From: Chiloscyllium plagiosum
Taxonomy: Eukaryota
Reading direction: 5' to 3'
Length of the DNA: 64,000 nucleotides
NCBI RefSeq assembly: GCF_004010195.1
Contig: NC_057757.1
Location: forward strand, 3,357,851 to 3,421,850
Positions 36,621 to 49,829 of this stretch are shown here, one piece after another. The position numbers and the translations under genes were made by a program. Each line of letters opens with the position of its first letter. Positions within the stretch are counted from its first letter, which is position 1. Below the pieces are notes generated by a model. The model saw only the letters and a program-made list of their open reading frames with translations. It had not been told where the DNA came from and ran no database searches.

Positions 36621-39600
36621 TACAGTATGATAAAGAAACATTAAAAAGATGGATAAAATAAAGGAACTGTTACTGTTTTGCTGTGTGAGAGTTGAGTAAG
36701 CTATTCAACTGGGAGGTGTGTCACTGGACTCATAATGTGGAATACCAGCCTAATGTTCTGAGGACAGGGTATGGCAGTGACGAAAACTGAATTCAATAAA
36801 GAGTTGGCCATTTGTCCACTGCCAATTGTAAAAACCTATCTGGTTCATTCTTGCACTTGAGGGAAGGAAATCTGCTGTCCTTACCAGGTCTGGCCTACAT
36901 GTGACTCTTGACCCACAGCTGTCATAGTTGGCTCTTAATCCCCCTTCTGAAATGGCCCTACAAGCTGCTCTGCTAAAGGGGCAATTAGGGCTGGTCACCA
37001 AATTCTGGCCTTGCCCAAGGGAGCCCACATTGTACTGGTTACCTCCAATTGCTATCCTTGGTATATTGAGGTCTTTCAATGAATTGGCCTTTCACTTGCC
37101 TTTTTTTTCAGCCCAAGATTCAGATAATTTGGTGATGCCGTTGGCTACTCAAGTGTGTATGTAGTTAGCACTTTCTCTCGGGGGTGAGGTTCCAGCTGAA
37201 GCAATGCTTGAGCTGTTGCAAAAGTGCATGGACAGATCCCATCAACAGCAATGCAAAATAATGAGCAGACAGCAGTCTGTGTTTTGCATGGTGTTGGTTG
37301 AGGGATAAACATTGTCCAGTTCATGGGCTAATACCGGTCATTTTCCTCAGAGGGCAGATAGGGTCTTGGCTTTGACATCTCATTTCCACACCAGACACTT
37401 CTGATTATGTAATGCATCATCCATCCCGCACTGGGAATGTCTACCTGGATTATATGCTGAAGAAATTGGGAATCCTGTGGTGAGTAACTAATCTTCATGC
37501 CTGTCCACCATCAACAAGGCACAAGTCAGGATTGTAATGGAATACTCCCCACTTACCTGGATGGGTGTAGCGCCAACAACACTCAAAAAGCTTGACACCA
37601 TCCAGGACAAAGCAGCCCCTTCTTGATTGGCACCAAATTTACAAGTGTCCACCCTCTCCACCACTGATGCTACAGTGTGTACCATCAACAAGATGCACTG
37701 CAGCAACTCACCAAGGCTTCATAGACAGCATCTTCCAAACCCATGACCTTTACGATTGAGAATGACAAGGGCAGCAGGTACATGGAAGCACCAACCCCCC
37801 CTGCCAGCTTCCCTCCAGGTCCCATCCTGATTTCGCTGCTTCTTCAGTGTCGCTGGGTCAAAATCCTGAAACTTCCTCTCCAACAGCACTGGGTGGGTGT
37901 ACCTACACCAGTTCAAGAAGGCAGCTCACTACCACCCTCTGAAGGGCAACTAGGGAGGCGCAATAAATGCTGGTCCAGCCAGCGATGCCCACTTCCTGTC
38001 AATGAAGAATGCAAAAAATAAAATCTCTGGAGCGAGACTTGAATCCAATGAAGAGGCAAAAGGGACATGGCTGGTGGGAGAGTGTGAAAGCTCTTAACTG
38101 TGGGGACAAATCCCAGAGCTGAGTCATTCACTCCCACTCCTCGAAACCCAACCAGAGAGACCAAGGTGTTAAGATGTTGGTAATACCACACTGATGAAAC
38201 TCAATTAGCTGCACACTGTTCTTAATTGGAAAGCTGTGGATTTGGACGGTTGAAGGCAGCAATGTCATGGTTCATTACAATTTGATTGGGCCCAGTTGCA
38301 TCTTGATGGCAAGTGACTCACAGTTGACGTATTTGATATAATTGGTTGGTACTTGGCACAGGTCCCATGTTGCTATATTTAGACATCATCGGAGAATTGT
38401 GCAGCTCCAAAAAGCCGGACTGGATTTTTAAAAATTAATGGATTTTCCCCTTAGGATATAGAATTGGTGGTGGAGAGAGGAGGAGGCAGTAAATATCATT
38501 GAATCCCTACAGTGTGGAAGTGGGTCATTTAGCCCATCGAGTCCACACTGACCCTCTGAAGAGAATCCCTCCCAGGCCCACCCGTGGAACCCTGCATTTC
38601 CCCATGGCTAGCCCACCTAGCCTGCATGGCCCTGGACACTATGGGGAATTTAGTGTGGCCAATCCACCCTAACCCGCACATCTGTGGACTGCAGGAGGAA
38701 ATTGAAGGACCCAGAGAAAACCCACACAGACACATGGAGAATGTGCAAACTCCATGCAGTTGCCAGAAAGTGGAATCAAACCAGAGCCCTCACACTGTGA
38801 AGCAGCAATTCCACCACGGATCACAGGAATTTCCTGATGAATGAAAGAGTGTCAGGAATCGTTGGACTGCATTGACTATGAAATGGAGCATGCAATTAGT
38901 ATCTGGGCTGGTTTATGGAAAGCAAAAGAAGTGGAGAGGTTTAGAGAAGGTACTCCAGGAATCCAAGCAGCTAAAGGCATGGTGACCAATGGGTAGTTGG
39001 GAATTGAAAGATTAAGAGGCTTGGTTTGAGAGAGAGTTTTATCATTGAGACTTTGTTGGACCAGGTGTAGACCAGTATGTAAAGGACTGATGGGACTGGC
39101 AATTCTTTCTCATTCATTGTCATGGGAAGTGGACACTGCGGGCTGGGCCCAGTATTTATTGTGTCTTTTTAATTGCTCCTTGCGAAGGTGGGGGTGAGCT
39201 GCCTTCTTGACCCACTGCAGTCTGTGTGGTGTAGGGACACCCACACAGGGCCATTAGGGAGGGTGTGCCAGGATTTTGACTAAGCGACTCCAAAGGAAAA
39301 ATTATTTCCAAATCAGGATGGTGAATCGCTCAGAGGGGAAATTATAAGGGGGCAGTGTTGGATGTATCTGATGCTTGTGGTCATGGGTTTGGAAGGGGTG
39401 GTTAGAGGAGGTGCTTCCATAGTATGCAGAACACATAGTCCAACCATTCCCATATTCCAATGACCCAAAAAGACACAGGTCATTTGATTTTGCATAAAGC
39501 AGGCACAACTTCCTCTTATCCTTCCTGGGCAAGTTTTGATTTCCATTCTGCGATTTCTCTGCCCTGACGGGCATTTGACTCTATCAGGGATTATGAAAGG

Positions 39601-42517
39601 CCACCGAAACACAAATTGGCTAGCCCACATAAACAGGCCCACCCATTGAATGTGTGCAGGCTAGCAACTCAGCTAGTCCCACTCCCTTATCCTTTCCCCA
39701 GGATCTAGAACATTTCCTCTCTTTGCTTGTGAATCCTTTGGGAAGATACTGTTTAACCTCCACCATGCTCTCAGGCAATGACTTCCAGATGCTGACTACA
39801 CTCCGTGTGAAATAAAGTTTTTGCCCTCCTGCTGCCTTTGGCTTTTGTTGCTGAATCAACCCCCTTTGGTTTTTAGTCTTTCCACAGATGGAAACAATTT
39901 ACTCCTTCTTGACTCTGTGCACAGCCTTCGTGCTTTTGAACAAGTCTCCGTTCTGCCCTCAATGATGAACAATGCCTTCCTAATCTATCCCTTCAACGGG
40001 AGAGTTTCATACCTGGAAATGTTCTCATAACCAAGGTCTATCCCTTCCCAAAAGCTATCATGCCCCTCCCTAAACTGCAGGCTCAGAATCCCAGTGCTAC
40101 ATGGCCATTGAGGCAGAGCCCGTCCATTATTCAGGTTCTTCGCAACTTCCTTTAGAAATCTTCCCTCAGTGTTTACAAAAGAGTTGGAATCCACACATCC
40201 AAACAACCACAATTTCAACAGCCCATAGATTTTCTATTTTGGAAACAGCCAGACATTTGGCATAACCACAAATGGCTAAATATGTTGCCGTGAAGCAGGG
40301 CTTAAAGACAGGCATCTTCCTAACATGTACTGCAAATATTATCCTTCTGTCATTTTATCTATATGGTAGCATGAAGCTACATTGATAAATTATCCCTTTA
40401 CAGTCACGCACTGATGGGACATTTATCATGAGACATAGAGAGAGGACTCCAATGGCCTTCTTCCACTAGCGCTGCTTTTTCACTGCTACTGTGAACAGTC
40501 ACCTTCAACAGTGTAGCACTCACTCCTTACATCACAGAGTTTCAGTCTGTACTGAAGTGGGACTCGAGACCCACCATCTTCTGAGGTAAAGGGGGACTTC
40601 CAAACAGATCTTTACCTGACTTTGCACCAGCCCTGAGTGGACACAGTATATGACCAGACAGTGCACAGAAGGCTTTAATCACAGTTTATGAGTAGAGGGA
40701 AATTTACTCTGTACCTAACAGTGGATTGTACCTGTTGGATGGGGTCAGTGTAGAGTAAGTCTTACTCTGTATCTAACCCTGTACTCTCCCTGTCCTGGCA
40801 GTGTTTAATGAGGACAGTGTAAGATGACAATATAAGTCTCACATCACTAATCTATTGGGTTTGGCAGAGACAATCGAAAGTCGAAATGATGATTGCTAAA
40901 TGCAAAATAAAAGCTTTTGATACGTGTAATGCAGCTGTTTAATGTTCAATAAATAGAAACTCAAATTTCACAGATTTACATGATCTTTTCACTCACAAAA
41001 ATAAACATTCAAAATTCTGTTTAGACAGGGACAGGGTGTGAATTCAGGTGAAGTCTTACATCATTCTGGCTGTGAGAGAGCGAGCAATAGTTAAAAACAC
41101 ACACTGCCCATGGCCCAGCCTGCTTTCTCCACTTGGATCATTTGCAGAATTACCCAGCCAGAGGCCTTTTGTTAAACACCCTTGGTACACGCTCAGAGGC
41201 TCTGAAACCATTCCAATAGTGCAGTGACCAAACTTGGATGCAAAACTCCAGCTGGGGACTCTAATTAATAAAGAGTTAATGATATCTTTTATCATTGCCA
41301 TTTACACTTGCACACCATAAGTATCAACCCGATGACAACACTTAAAAGACATTTGGATGGGTATAAGGGTAGAAGAGGTTTAGAGGGATATGGGCCAAAC
41401 ACAGGCAAATGGGACTAGTTCAGTTTAGGAAAGCAGGTTGGCATGGACCTTCCTGAACTGCAGGACCCAGAATCCAGTATTACACAGCCATGAGGCAGAA
41501 CAAGCCAGGGCAACTGTGCCAAGACCATGCATGTTGAGAATACTAGCAATCGATGGATAACACCCCATGGGAGAACTGTTCAAACCCTAGTGTTGCAGCT
41601 AATGGAATCTTAAGTGCCCAACTAAAACAAAACTCTGGAATTCAAATGGAATAGTGAACCAAAACTGACCGCTCTTACCTCGTCTGGCCCACACGTGAGA
41701 ACCATATCCTCACAACTAATGGGGCTGACTCTTTACCCTCAGTTCAAGGGACAATTAGGGATGGACACTAAAGATTTAGAACTGTAGGTCCCCAAAATGG
41801 GGGTGGGGGGTGGGTATTGAAAAAAAATTGCACTAATCTCCCTTGTATTGGAATCCCATCAGAAGATGAGCATGTAGATGGGTCACTGTGAGCACACGCG
41901 CTGAGTTAATAATGTGCCTGGGAATGTTCCCTGGTGTTTGCTCGAAGAAAGTAGACCAGGGCTTCCAATCTTATTCATTGTATTAAATGAGGGTCTTTTG
42001 CAGGCAAACTTTCATAATTTTATGCTGAATGCTGCTGGTCTGTTTTCACCCGAATCATAGAATCCCCTACAGCGTGGAAGCAGGCCATTCACAACCCATT
42101 GAGTCCAGACCGATCTTCTGAAAAATATCCCACCCAGACCCACCCCCTACTGAATTCCTGCATTTCCCTCAGCTAACCCATCTAGCCTGCAAATCCCTGG
42201 ACACTACGGGACAATTTAGCAAAGCCAATCCACCTAATTTGCACATCTTTGGACGAGAGGAGGAAACCCACACAGACAATGGGAGAATGTGCGAACTCCA
42301 CGCAGACAGTTGCCCGAGGGTGGAATCAAACCCGGCTCCCTGGCATTGAGAAGAAGCAGTGCTAACCACTGAGCCACCGTGCCCCCCCACCAAAGTCTTG
42401 AAATCACGTTAAAGTTTCCAGCAAAAAAAATCAAACAAAGTTGGAAAATTCTTTGGGAAATCTCGTCATAAGAGTTCCATTCTTCCCCAAAATTTGGCGC
42501 AAAGTGGCATTTCTGAT

Positions 42518-42523
42518 TTTATT
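42518..42523 (-). terminator. AP1S1: Candidate AP1S1 poly(A) signal
   Basis: AATAAA on the minus strand ~2.3 kb past the stop, with a T/GT-rich tract further downstream (42421-42440). Confidence 0.45.
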
Positions 42524-42889
42524 AAATGCCCCTCCCTTCCAAAATAGATACGATTGAACAATATCGGCGCATCAGAAACAGGAGAAATGACCAACTTTTA
42601 AAAGAGAAACAAACAAATAGGCTCTAGTTGCATGCATGCTGAGTGATCACTCTCACTAAGCCTTGAAGGAGATCATTCAGCCTGGCTTTGGCTTTGAGTA
42701 ACATTTCCCCAGTTGGAATTGGAGCTGTGTCCCTACCCCTGTGGTCAGTTTCACCTTAGCTTGAGTCCCAAGAGCGCTGGTTACGGTATCACCACAAGGA
42801 GGCAATACTGAGTGGTGTTTAAATCACTGGAACCAGTAAACCAGAATCCCACATTATGGTCAAAAGGCAGATGGTGGAATTTCAATCCG

Positions 42890-43201
42890 ATTAGATTAGA
42901 TTAGATTAGATTAGATTCCCTACCGTGTGGAAACAGGCCTTTCAGCCCAACAAGTCCACGCCGACCCTCTGAAGAGTAATCCACCCAGTCCCATTTCCCT
43001 CTGACTAATGCACCTAACACTATGGGCAATTTAGCACAGCCAATTCACCTAACCTGCACATCTTTGGACTGTGGGAGGAAACCCACGCAGACTCAGGGAG
43101 AATGTGCAAACTCCACACAGATAGTCGCCTGAGGCTAGAATGGAACCTAGGACCCTGGTGCTGTGAGGCAGCAGTGCTAACCACTGAGCTACCGCACCGC
43201 C
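42890..43201 (-). mobile_element. Full-length HE1-like SINE with (CTAAT)n tail
   Basis: Head GGGCGGTGCGGTAGCTCAGTGGTTAGCAC on the minus strand. Further copies at about 38500-38810, 42055-42390, 45515-45800, 46405-46738, 47885-48180, 55015-55238, 56140-56497 and 57098-57410. Confidence 0.85.
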
Positions 43202-44792
43202 CTAAAGCCTGGTGTTAAGATGACCGCTACCAGAAAAGTCCATCCTGTTCACTAATGTCCTTCAGGGTGGGAAATCTGCTGTCCTTACCTGGCCTGCCCT
43301 CCAGACACAAAACAATGGCAGTGACTCTGAATTGCCCTCTGGTGCAATTAGGGATGGGCATTCTCAGCCTAAGAATGAATATATTTCTTATGCAAAAATT
43401 CAGGGTCGTGGGTGCAGGGGCAGGGGGTCCGGTGATATAGTTGCCACAGCCAGGGGAAGACGTGCCCCAGGGGACAGGCAAGGTAGAAACCAGTCACGCA
43501 GAGCGAGGAGGCGCATAGGGCAACGGACAGGTAGGCACCTTCGCTCAGCTCCAGGACTACAAGGTTGGAATGATGCAAAAGGGGACCAACTAGGCTATCC
43601 TATCCCTCCCTCAGCCTGATATCTGCACACATCCCCCACCACTCCGCTATGGCGACACCCCTCCCCCAAACAGTTGCACGCATAAACAGCTGCCAGCCCA
43701 CGTCGCCATGGGAAATAACATTACATGGCAAAAACAAAACACCACTGATTCATCCAAATCCCTTGCCCCCTAGTGACTAGGTGTAAAGCAACATGAAAGC
43801 CCCCAGCTCTGTTGAAATGCTCAATGACGGTAAACTCAGTCAGAACGCAGAGACGGTTCACCCTCATCCTTTCAAGGCAGCAAGACCAAACCCTTTTAGA
43901 GAGTACAAGAGTACAATCAGGATTGCCAGTATCTCAGCAGTCAGTGAGGCGAGGATTGGAGGACGGGCAGGGGGTTGGCGTGATAGCTCCATGGGGAAGA
44001 CCAATTAGATGCCAGCCTCGCTGCCCATTCACAACTCTTGATCATTGCATTATAGCTTCCTTCCAATACCCATGTCAAGGCGCAAAACATCCAACCAAAA
44101 GATCTCCCATCTATTATCAATGGGGTTGCATGTTTTGCCAACTTCCGCTTTCTTGGACATCAATGCAGTTGCAGACTCCCCTCAGCAGGTGGCACTAACT
44201 GCAGAAGGTGTCCACTTGCCTGGTGAAGGTGGGCCCATGGGTGACCTTCTTAGATAGAGGGGGGGGACAGATCTCGATCATCACGAAGGGTTGGAAACAT
44301 CCAACCAGGGGAGCAGACTTGGCCAAGACGGCAGGCACAAAACTCATCGCTGCCACGGCCAGACCCTCAGTGTCCCCTCTGACCCCAACAACAATGCACA
44401 AGGGAACAGGAGGAGAGGCATCTCCTGCTCAAAGTCCTTCCATTCACATTGGTAAGACCACTGGGCAAGGAGGAGAAAGTCTTGCCTACTTATCGAGAAA
44501 TGAAGACTGTAGCCCCAAGTTGACGCCAGTCCACCTCCCAGCGAAGGCCCCAGTCAAGATTCTCTACCCTCGTCCCCATTATTGCCAGCTCTTTCCTTCC
44601 ATCCGGCCCAGTTCAGCACTCAGCATTGCTCGAGAGTCAAAATGCGTGCTGCTCCACTCCTCAAAGCCCGCGGGTTGGACATGAGGAAAGTCGATTCTTA
44701 TCTTCAGACAGGGACTCGACAGAATCAACACAGCAAATTTGTTGTTGAAAATTTTGGTCCTGATCACCACCCCCTTTCCCACCCCACCACGG

Positions 44793-44840
44793 CTATGCCA
44801 GGCCCATTTCTTCAAGGACGCTGCGTGGAGACTCATCGTC
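44793..44840 (-). CDS. AP1S1: AP1S1 terminal coding exon (DDESPRSVLEEMGLA*)
   Basis: CCCCTTTACAG acceptor, then GAC GAT GAG TCT CCA CGC AGC GTC CTT GAA GAA ATG GGC CTG GCA TAG. This C-terminus matches recalled AP1S1 rather than AP1S2 or AP1S3. Confidence 0.93.
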   Translation of the reverse strand, partial: DDESPRSVLEEMGLA

Positions 44841-46180
44841 CTGTAAAGGGGCAACAAAATCTTGTGTCAATGTCAATATTGCAGTGAAGCTAACAGAATT
44901 GCACAAATAAAGGGTTTAAGGTCTTCACTCATCTACAGCCGGGGGCATTGCCTCTGGATTATTAATTCAGAGGCCCAAGCTAATGGCCGTTAGACAGGTT
45001 TGAATCCATCACAGAAGTCAATGCAGCTTAAATTCAATTAATAAACTGAAATTTGGCTTGAAGGTAAAGACAGAGAATGGTGGTATAGGATCATTGTTCA
45101 AACTGCAGACTCATGACCAGCGATGTGCAATTGAAGTAAATAATTTGGAGGAGAGTTTAGGAGGTATACTTGTGGATGACACCATGATTGGTGGTGCAGT
45201 GAAGGTGGTTATCTGGGAATACAGTGAGATCTTGATCAACTGGGTCAGTGGGCCAAGGTCTGGCAGATGGAGTCAGGAGGTGAGTTACTTACTCCAGCTT
45301 CTGACCTGCTCCTGTAGCCACAGCACTTGTGCTTCTATGTGACTGGCCTGGTTCAGGTTCTGTCACCTCCAGAAAGTTGACAGCATTGGAAATAAATTTC
45401 ACAAGATTCCCTCTCTGAAAATTCTCACCCTGCCCTCCAGGATGTGGAATAGTGCACCTATCAGAGATTGGGAAATGGTGGGGTAATGGATTAAATGACA
45501 GAGGGATGTGGGATCATAGAATCTCTAGAGTGCAATAAAGGTCATTCAGCCAATTGAATCTGCACTGACTCTCTAAAGAGCAACCCCCTATCCTATCTCG
45601 GGAACTCCAGATTTCCCACGGCCAACCCACCCTAACCCACACATCTTTGTGACTGTGGGAGGAAACTGGAGCACACAGAGGAAATCCACGCAGACATGAG
45701 GAGAACATGCAAAGGCTGCACAGTCACCCGAGGCTGGAATCGAGCCAGTGTCACGGCGCCGTGAGGTAGCAATGCTTACCACTGAGCCACTGTGCCACCC
45801 CTAAATCCCACCCGGGATATTGCTTCTGCCAAAGAGCTAGCACAGGCATGGTAGGCTGAAAGGCCTCCATCTCTGTAACCAGTGGTTATGACCACTTCTC
45901 CTGTAACTACAGCCACGGTTTGAGCTTTCGAGTCTGCTTTCAATCATGCCTCTCCCAGAATAGCAGATTATTACGGGGGCGTGTAAGTAAATATTTTCGA
46001 TGAGTAAGGCATCACAGCTGTGTGGGGCGAGGGATTAGTTTTCCTGTCAGTTCTGTGTGCTACACATATGGACCAGCTGCTGAACGACACTCTGAGGGTT
46101 ACATAGGGAGACTGAACTCCCCTGCACAGCGGCCAGGTACCCACAGTGCAGCACCACAAGAGGTCCAATTGCCCACCTAC

Positions 46181-46318
46181 CTCCTGCATGAGGTCCGCCT
46201 GCTCGATGGCCTTCAGCACGTTTTTCTTCGATGTGTCCTGGATCTCACCTCCCATCAGAAACTCGTCCAGGATGAAATAGGCCTTCTCGAAGTTGAAGAT
46301 GATATCCAGTTCACAGAC
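46181..46318 (-). CDS. AP1S1: AP1S1 exon 4 ([20 protein letters not shown]...EQADLMQE)
   Basis: 138-bp exon, AG acceptor, GAG|GTAGGT donor. Contains the clathrin adaptor small-chain signature. Confidence 0.95.
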
Positions 46319-47294
46319 CTTCAAGCAGACAGGAATTAGCAGCACCACGATGTTCGCCCTTCCCCACCTCCCCATTTCCCCTGCAAGGTTCCTCCCTTAG
46401 AATCACTAAGTGTGGAAGCAGGCCATTCGGCCCATTGAGTCTGCACCAACCCTCCGAACAGAATCCCACCCAGACCCATCCCCGTATCCCAGCCCCTCTC
46501 CCATGGCTAACCCACCTAGCCTGCACAGCCCTGGGCACTGTGGGGCAATTTAGCATGGCCAATCCATCCTAACCTGCACATCTTTGGACTGCGGGAGGAA
46601 ATCGGAGCACCCGCAGGAAACCCACGCAGACACAGAGACAGAGACAATGTACAAACTCCACACAGACAGTTGCCAGAGTGTGATATTGAACCTAGGTCCC
46701 TGGCACTGAGAGGCAGCAGTGCTAACCATTGTGCCACCTTGCTGCTCCTGTACTCCCTCAATAATCACAAGCTGGTTCCCCAGCTTCCCCTATTGACTAA
46801 GTGCTTCAAGGCATGGTTGTGTGATAGAGAGCCATGCTCATCCCAAGATCTGTACAGGGACTGAAACCTTGGCCTCCATTAGTGTAATTTACTGAATGTA
46901 ATATTCATTTTATTCCCCTGGAAATTAATTGAAGTTAGGGTGCAATTTACAATGGAACTTAGGAGTGGGAGCAGATGATTTGGCTCTTCAAACCTGCAAC
47001 ACCATTCAATAAAATTGTGACTGAAGTGATTACGTTCTGTGTACCACTTTGCTGTCGACACCACCACCCCCAACAGCCCTGTCTATCGGAGCCAGCCTGG
47101 AATAAATTCATAGACCTAGTCTCCATTATCATCTGGGGGAAGACAATTTCACACTTGCAAGTCCTCAGAGAAAACAATTCCCCTTGCTCCTTTCAAAAAC
47201 AAAAGACAACCCATCCTTAACCTAGCCTCCTAGTTTAAGTCTCCCCGCCAAGTGGAAACACCCTTCTGGAAGCATCTGCTGACTTGTCAAAACC

Positions 47295-47825
47295 TTAGAT
47301 ATCGAATTAGACCATTCGGCCCATTGGGTTGACTCTGCCATTCGATCGTGGTTGATATGTTTCTCAACCCCATTCTCCTGCCTTCTCGCTGTAACCCTTG
47401 ATCCCCCTCACTAATCAGGAACCTCTCTCTCTCTCTCTGTCTTAAACACCACTCAATGACTTGTCCTCCACAGCCCTTTGCGGTAATGAGTTCCACAGAG
47501 TCACCACCCTCTGGCTGAAGAAAATCCTCCTCATCTCAGTCCATCCCTTCACCCTGAGGCTGTGCCCTTGGCTCCAAGTCTCACCTACTAGTTGAAGCAT
47601 CTTTGCCACATCCACTCTATCCAGGCCTCTCCGTATCCTATAAGTTTCAATCAGATGCCCCCTACCCCATCCTTCTAAACTCCATCGAGCACAGACCCAG
47701 AGTCCTCAACCGCTCCCCATATGACATGCCCTTTATCCCCAGAATCATTCTTGTAAACCCTGTCTGGACCCCCCTCCCAAGACCCATACACCCTTCCTTA
47801 GATACGGGGCTCAAAATGCTCATAG
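47295..47825 (-). mobile_element. CR1-like LINE 3' fragment (second subfamily)
   Basis: FFSQRVVTLWNSLPQ-type remnant. Similar to ~59880-60400. Confidence 0.75.
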
Positions 47826-48749
47826 TATTCCCGCTCCTGCCAGAAAACTGTTCAATGAGCCATTGGTCTCTGGGACAAGTACAGGGCAGTTCAGTGGCTC
47901 AGAGGTTAGCACTGCTGCCTCACCACGCCAGAGACGCAGGTTCAATTCCAGTCTTGGGCTACCTACGTCGAGTATATCCATTCTCCCTGTGTCTGTATGG
48001 GTTGCCGTCAGGTGCACCAGTTTCCTCCCGCAGCCCCTTAGTGCCCAGGGATGCGTAGGTTAGGTGGATTCGCCACCACCAATACAGAGTTACAGGGATG
48101 GGGTGGGACTGGGTTGGACATTCTGCTGCGGGGTTGGTGTGGACTTGATAGTCCACATGGCCCACTTCTACATTGTAGGGGAGAAACACCTCTTCACTTC
48201 CAGCATTACAACATCCTCTGAATCGAGGAACAGAAAAGGTGGTCCAACAACACCATCCTCTCCCAAACTGTTCTTTAAAAATTAATTTATTGCTGGTCAC
48301 TAATTGCCCATTGAGAAGGTGGTGGTGATCTGCCTTCTTGGACCGCTGTGGATTGACCCATAATGCCCTTAGAGAGGGAATGCCAGAATTTTGACCCAGC
48401 GACACTGAAGGAACGGCCAATATATTTCCAAGTCTGGATGGCAAGCCACTTGAAGGAAACCTTGCCTGTGGTATTGCTCCCTTGTACCTACTGCCATGAC
48501 CTTCTAGATGGAAGTGTTTGTGGATTTGGAAGATGCCGTCTCAGCAGCTTGTAGATGGTACACACTGCTGCTACTGAGCGTCGGTGGTGGAGGGAATGGA
48601 AGTTTGTGGATGTGGTGCCAGTCAAGCAGGGAGCTGCTTTGTCCCTGGATGGTGTCAAGCTTTTTGTGCTATTGGAGCTGCCCCCATCCAGGGCAAGTGG
48701 GGAGTACTGACTCACACTTCTGACTTGTGCCTTGTCGATGGTGGAGTCA

Positions 48750-49275
48750 AAAGAAGAACAATACAGCACAGATACAGGCCCTTCAGCACTCTAAGCCTGC
48801 GCCATCATGTTTTGCCCTTCCATGCTAAAACTGTCTTCACTTACAGAATCTGTATCCCTCTTTTCCCTTCCGATTCGTGTATTCGTCCAGGTGCTTCTTG
48901 AATGCTGTTGTTGTCTCTGTTTCCACTAATTCCTCTGACAACGTGCTTCAGACACTCATCACTCTGAAAAATGTGGCTTGCACATATCTTTTACGCATCC
49001 TCCCTCTGCACCTTGAACTCGTATCTCTGAATAACTGACCCCTCCACCCTCATACTTTCCACTCTATCCACACCATTCACAATCTTACAAACGTCTATCA
49101 AATCGTCCCTCAACCTCCAGCATTCCAGTGAAAACAAACCCAGTCTATCCAACCTTTCTTTGTAGCTAACATCCCCCATACCGGGCAACAGCCTGGTTAA
49201 ACTTCTTCTGTACCCTCTCCAAAGCATCCATATCCTTCTGGTAGTGTGGTGTCCAGAACTATATGCAATATTCCC
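48750..49275 (-). mobile_element. CR1-like LINE 3' fragment
   Basis: LLPGMGDVSYKERLDRLGLFSLECWRLRDDLIDV. Confidence 0.85.
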
Positions 49276-49720
49276 CTTGCTGAGTCAGGAGATGAATTAG
49301 TCACTGCAGGATTCCTAACCTCTGACCTGCTCTTGTAGCCGAATATTTAAATAACAAGTTAAAAGGAAGCCAGGGCGCTCTGCTATCCAATAAACCAGGA
49401 CCGTAGTCACATACCACATGTAATATACACCCCACCATCTGGAGAATTATTTTTGGTGGGGAAAAGTACCATATTATATTAAGATAATTAAAGTTGGAAT
49501 ATTTGTATGAATCTCAGGGTCACTCTCGATCAGCAAGAGACTGGAACTAAGGGCTCTGGTAAAAGGTCAATGACTTGGAACGTCAAGCCTGTTCTCTTCA
49601 CACACACACACATTGTCTGAATGCTTCCAACGAGTACAGTTTTAATCCCTCTAATTTATTCTCTGTGATCTCCACCGCGACACTCCACATGACTCTGTAC
49701 GGAGGGGCAGGGTCACTTAC

Positions 49721-49829
49721 GCTTCCAAAGTATTTGTCCAATAACTCAACGTAACGGTGGATGAGCTCTAGTGTCAGCAGTTCATTGTCTTGGTCCTCAA
49801 TGGCACAGCAGAAGTAAAGGCTGGCATAC
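49721..49829 (-). CDS. AP1S1: AP1S1 exon 3 ([36 protein letters not shown])
   Basis: 109-bp exon, CACAG acceptor, GTAAGT donor, phase compatible with exon 2. Confidence 0.95.

Noticed and set aside
43793..44887. Several 70-160 aa ORFs
   Set aside because: They lie in or antisense to the AP1S1 3' UTR and last exon, with no domain-like features.
44841..46180. AP1S2-type 9-nt neural microexon in the last AP1S1 intron
   Set aside because: No convincing AG-9nt-GT candidate seen by eye.
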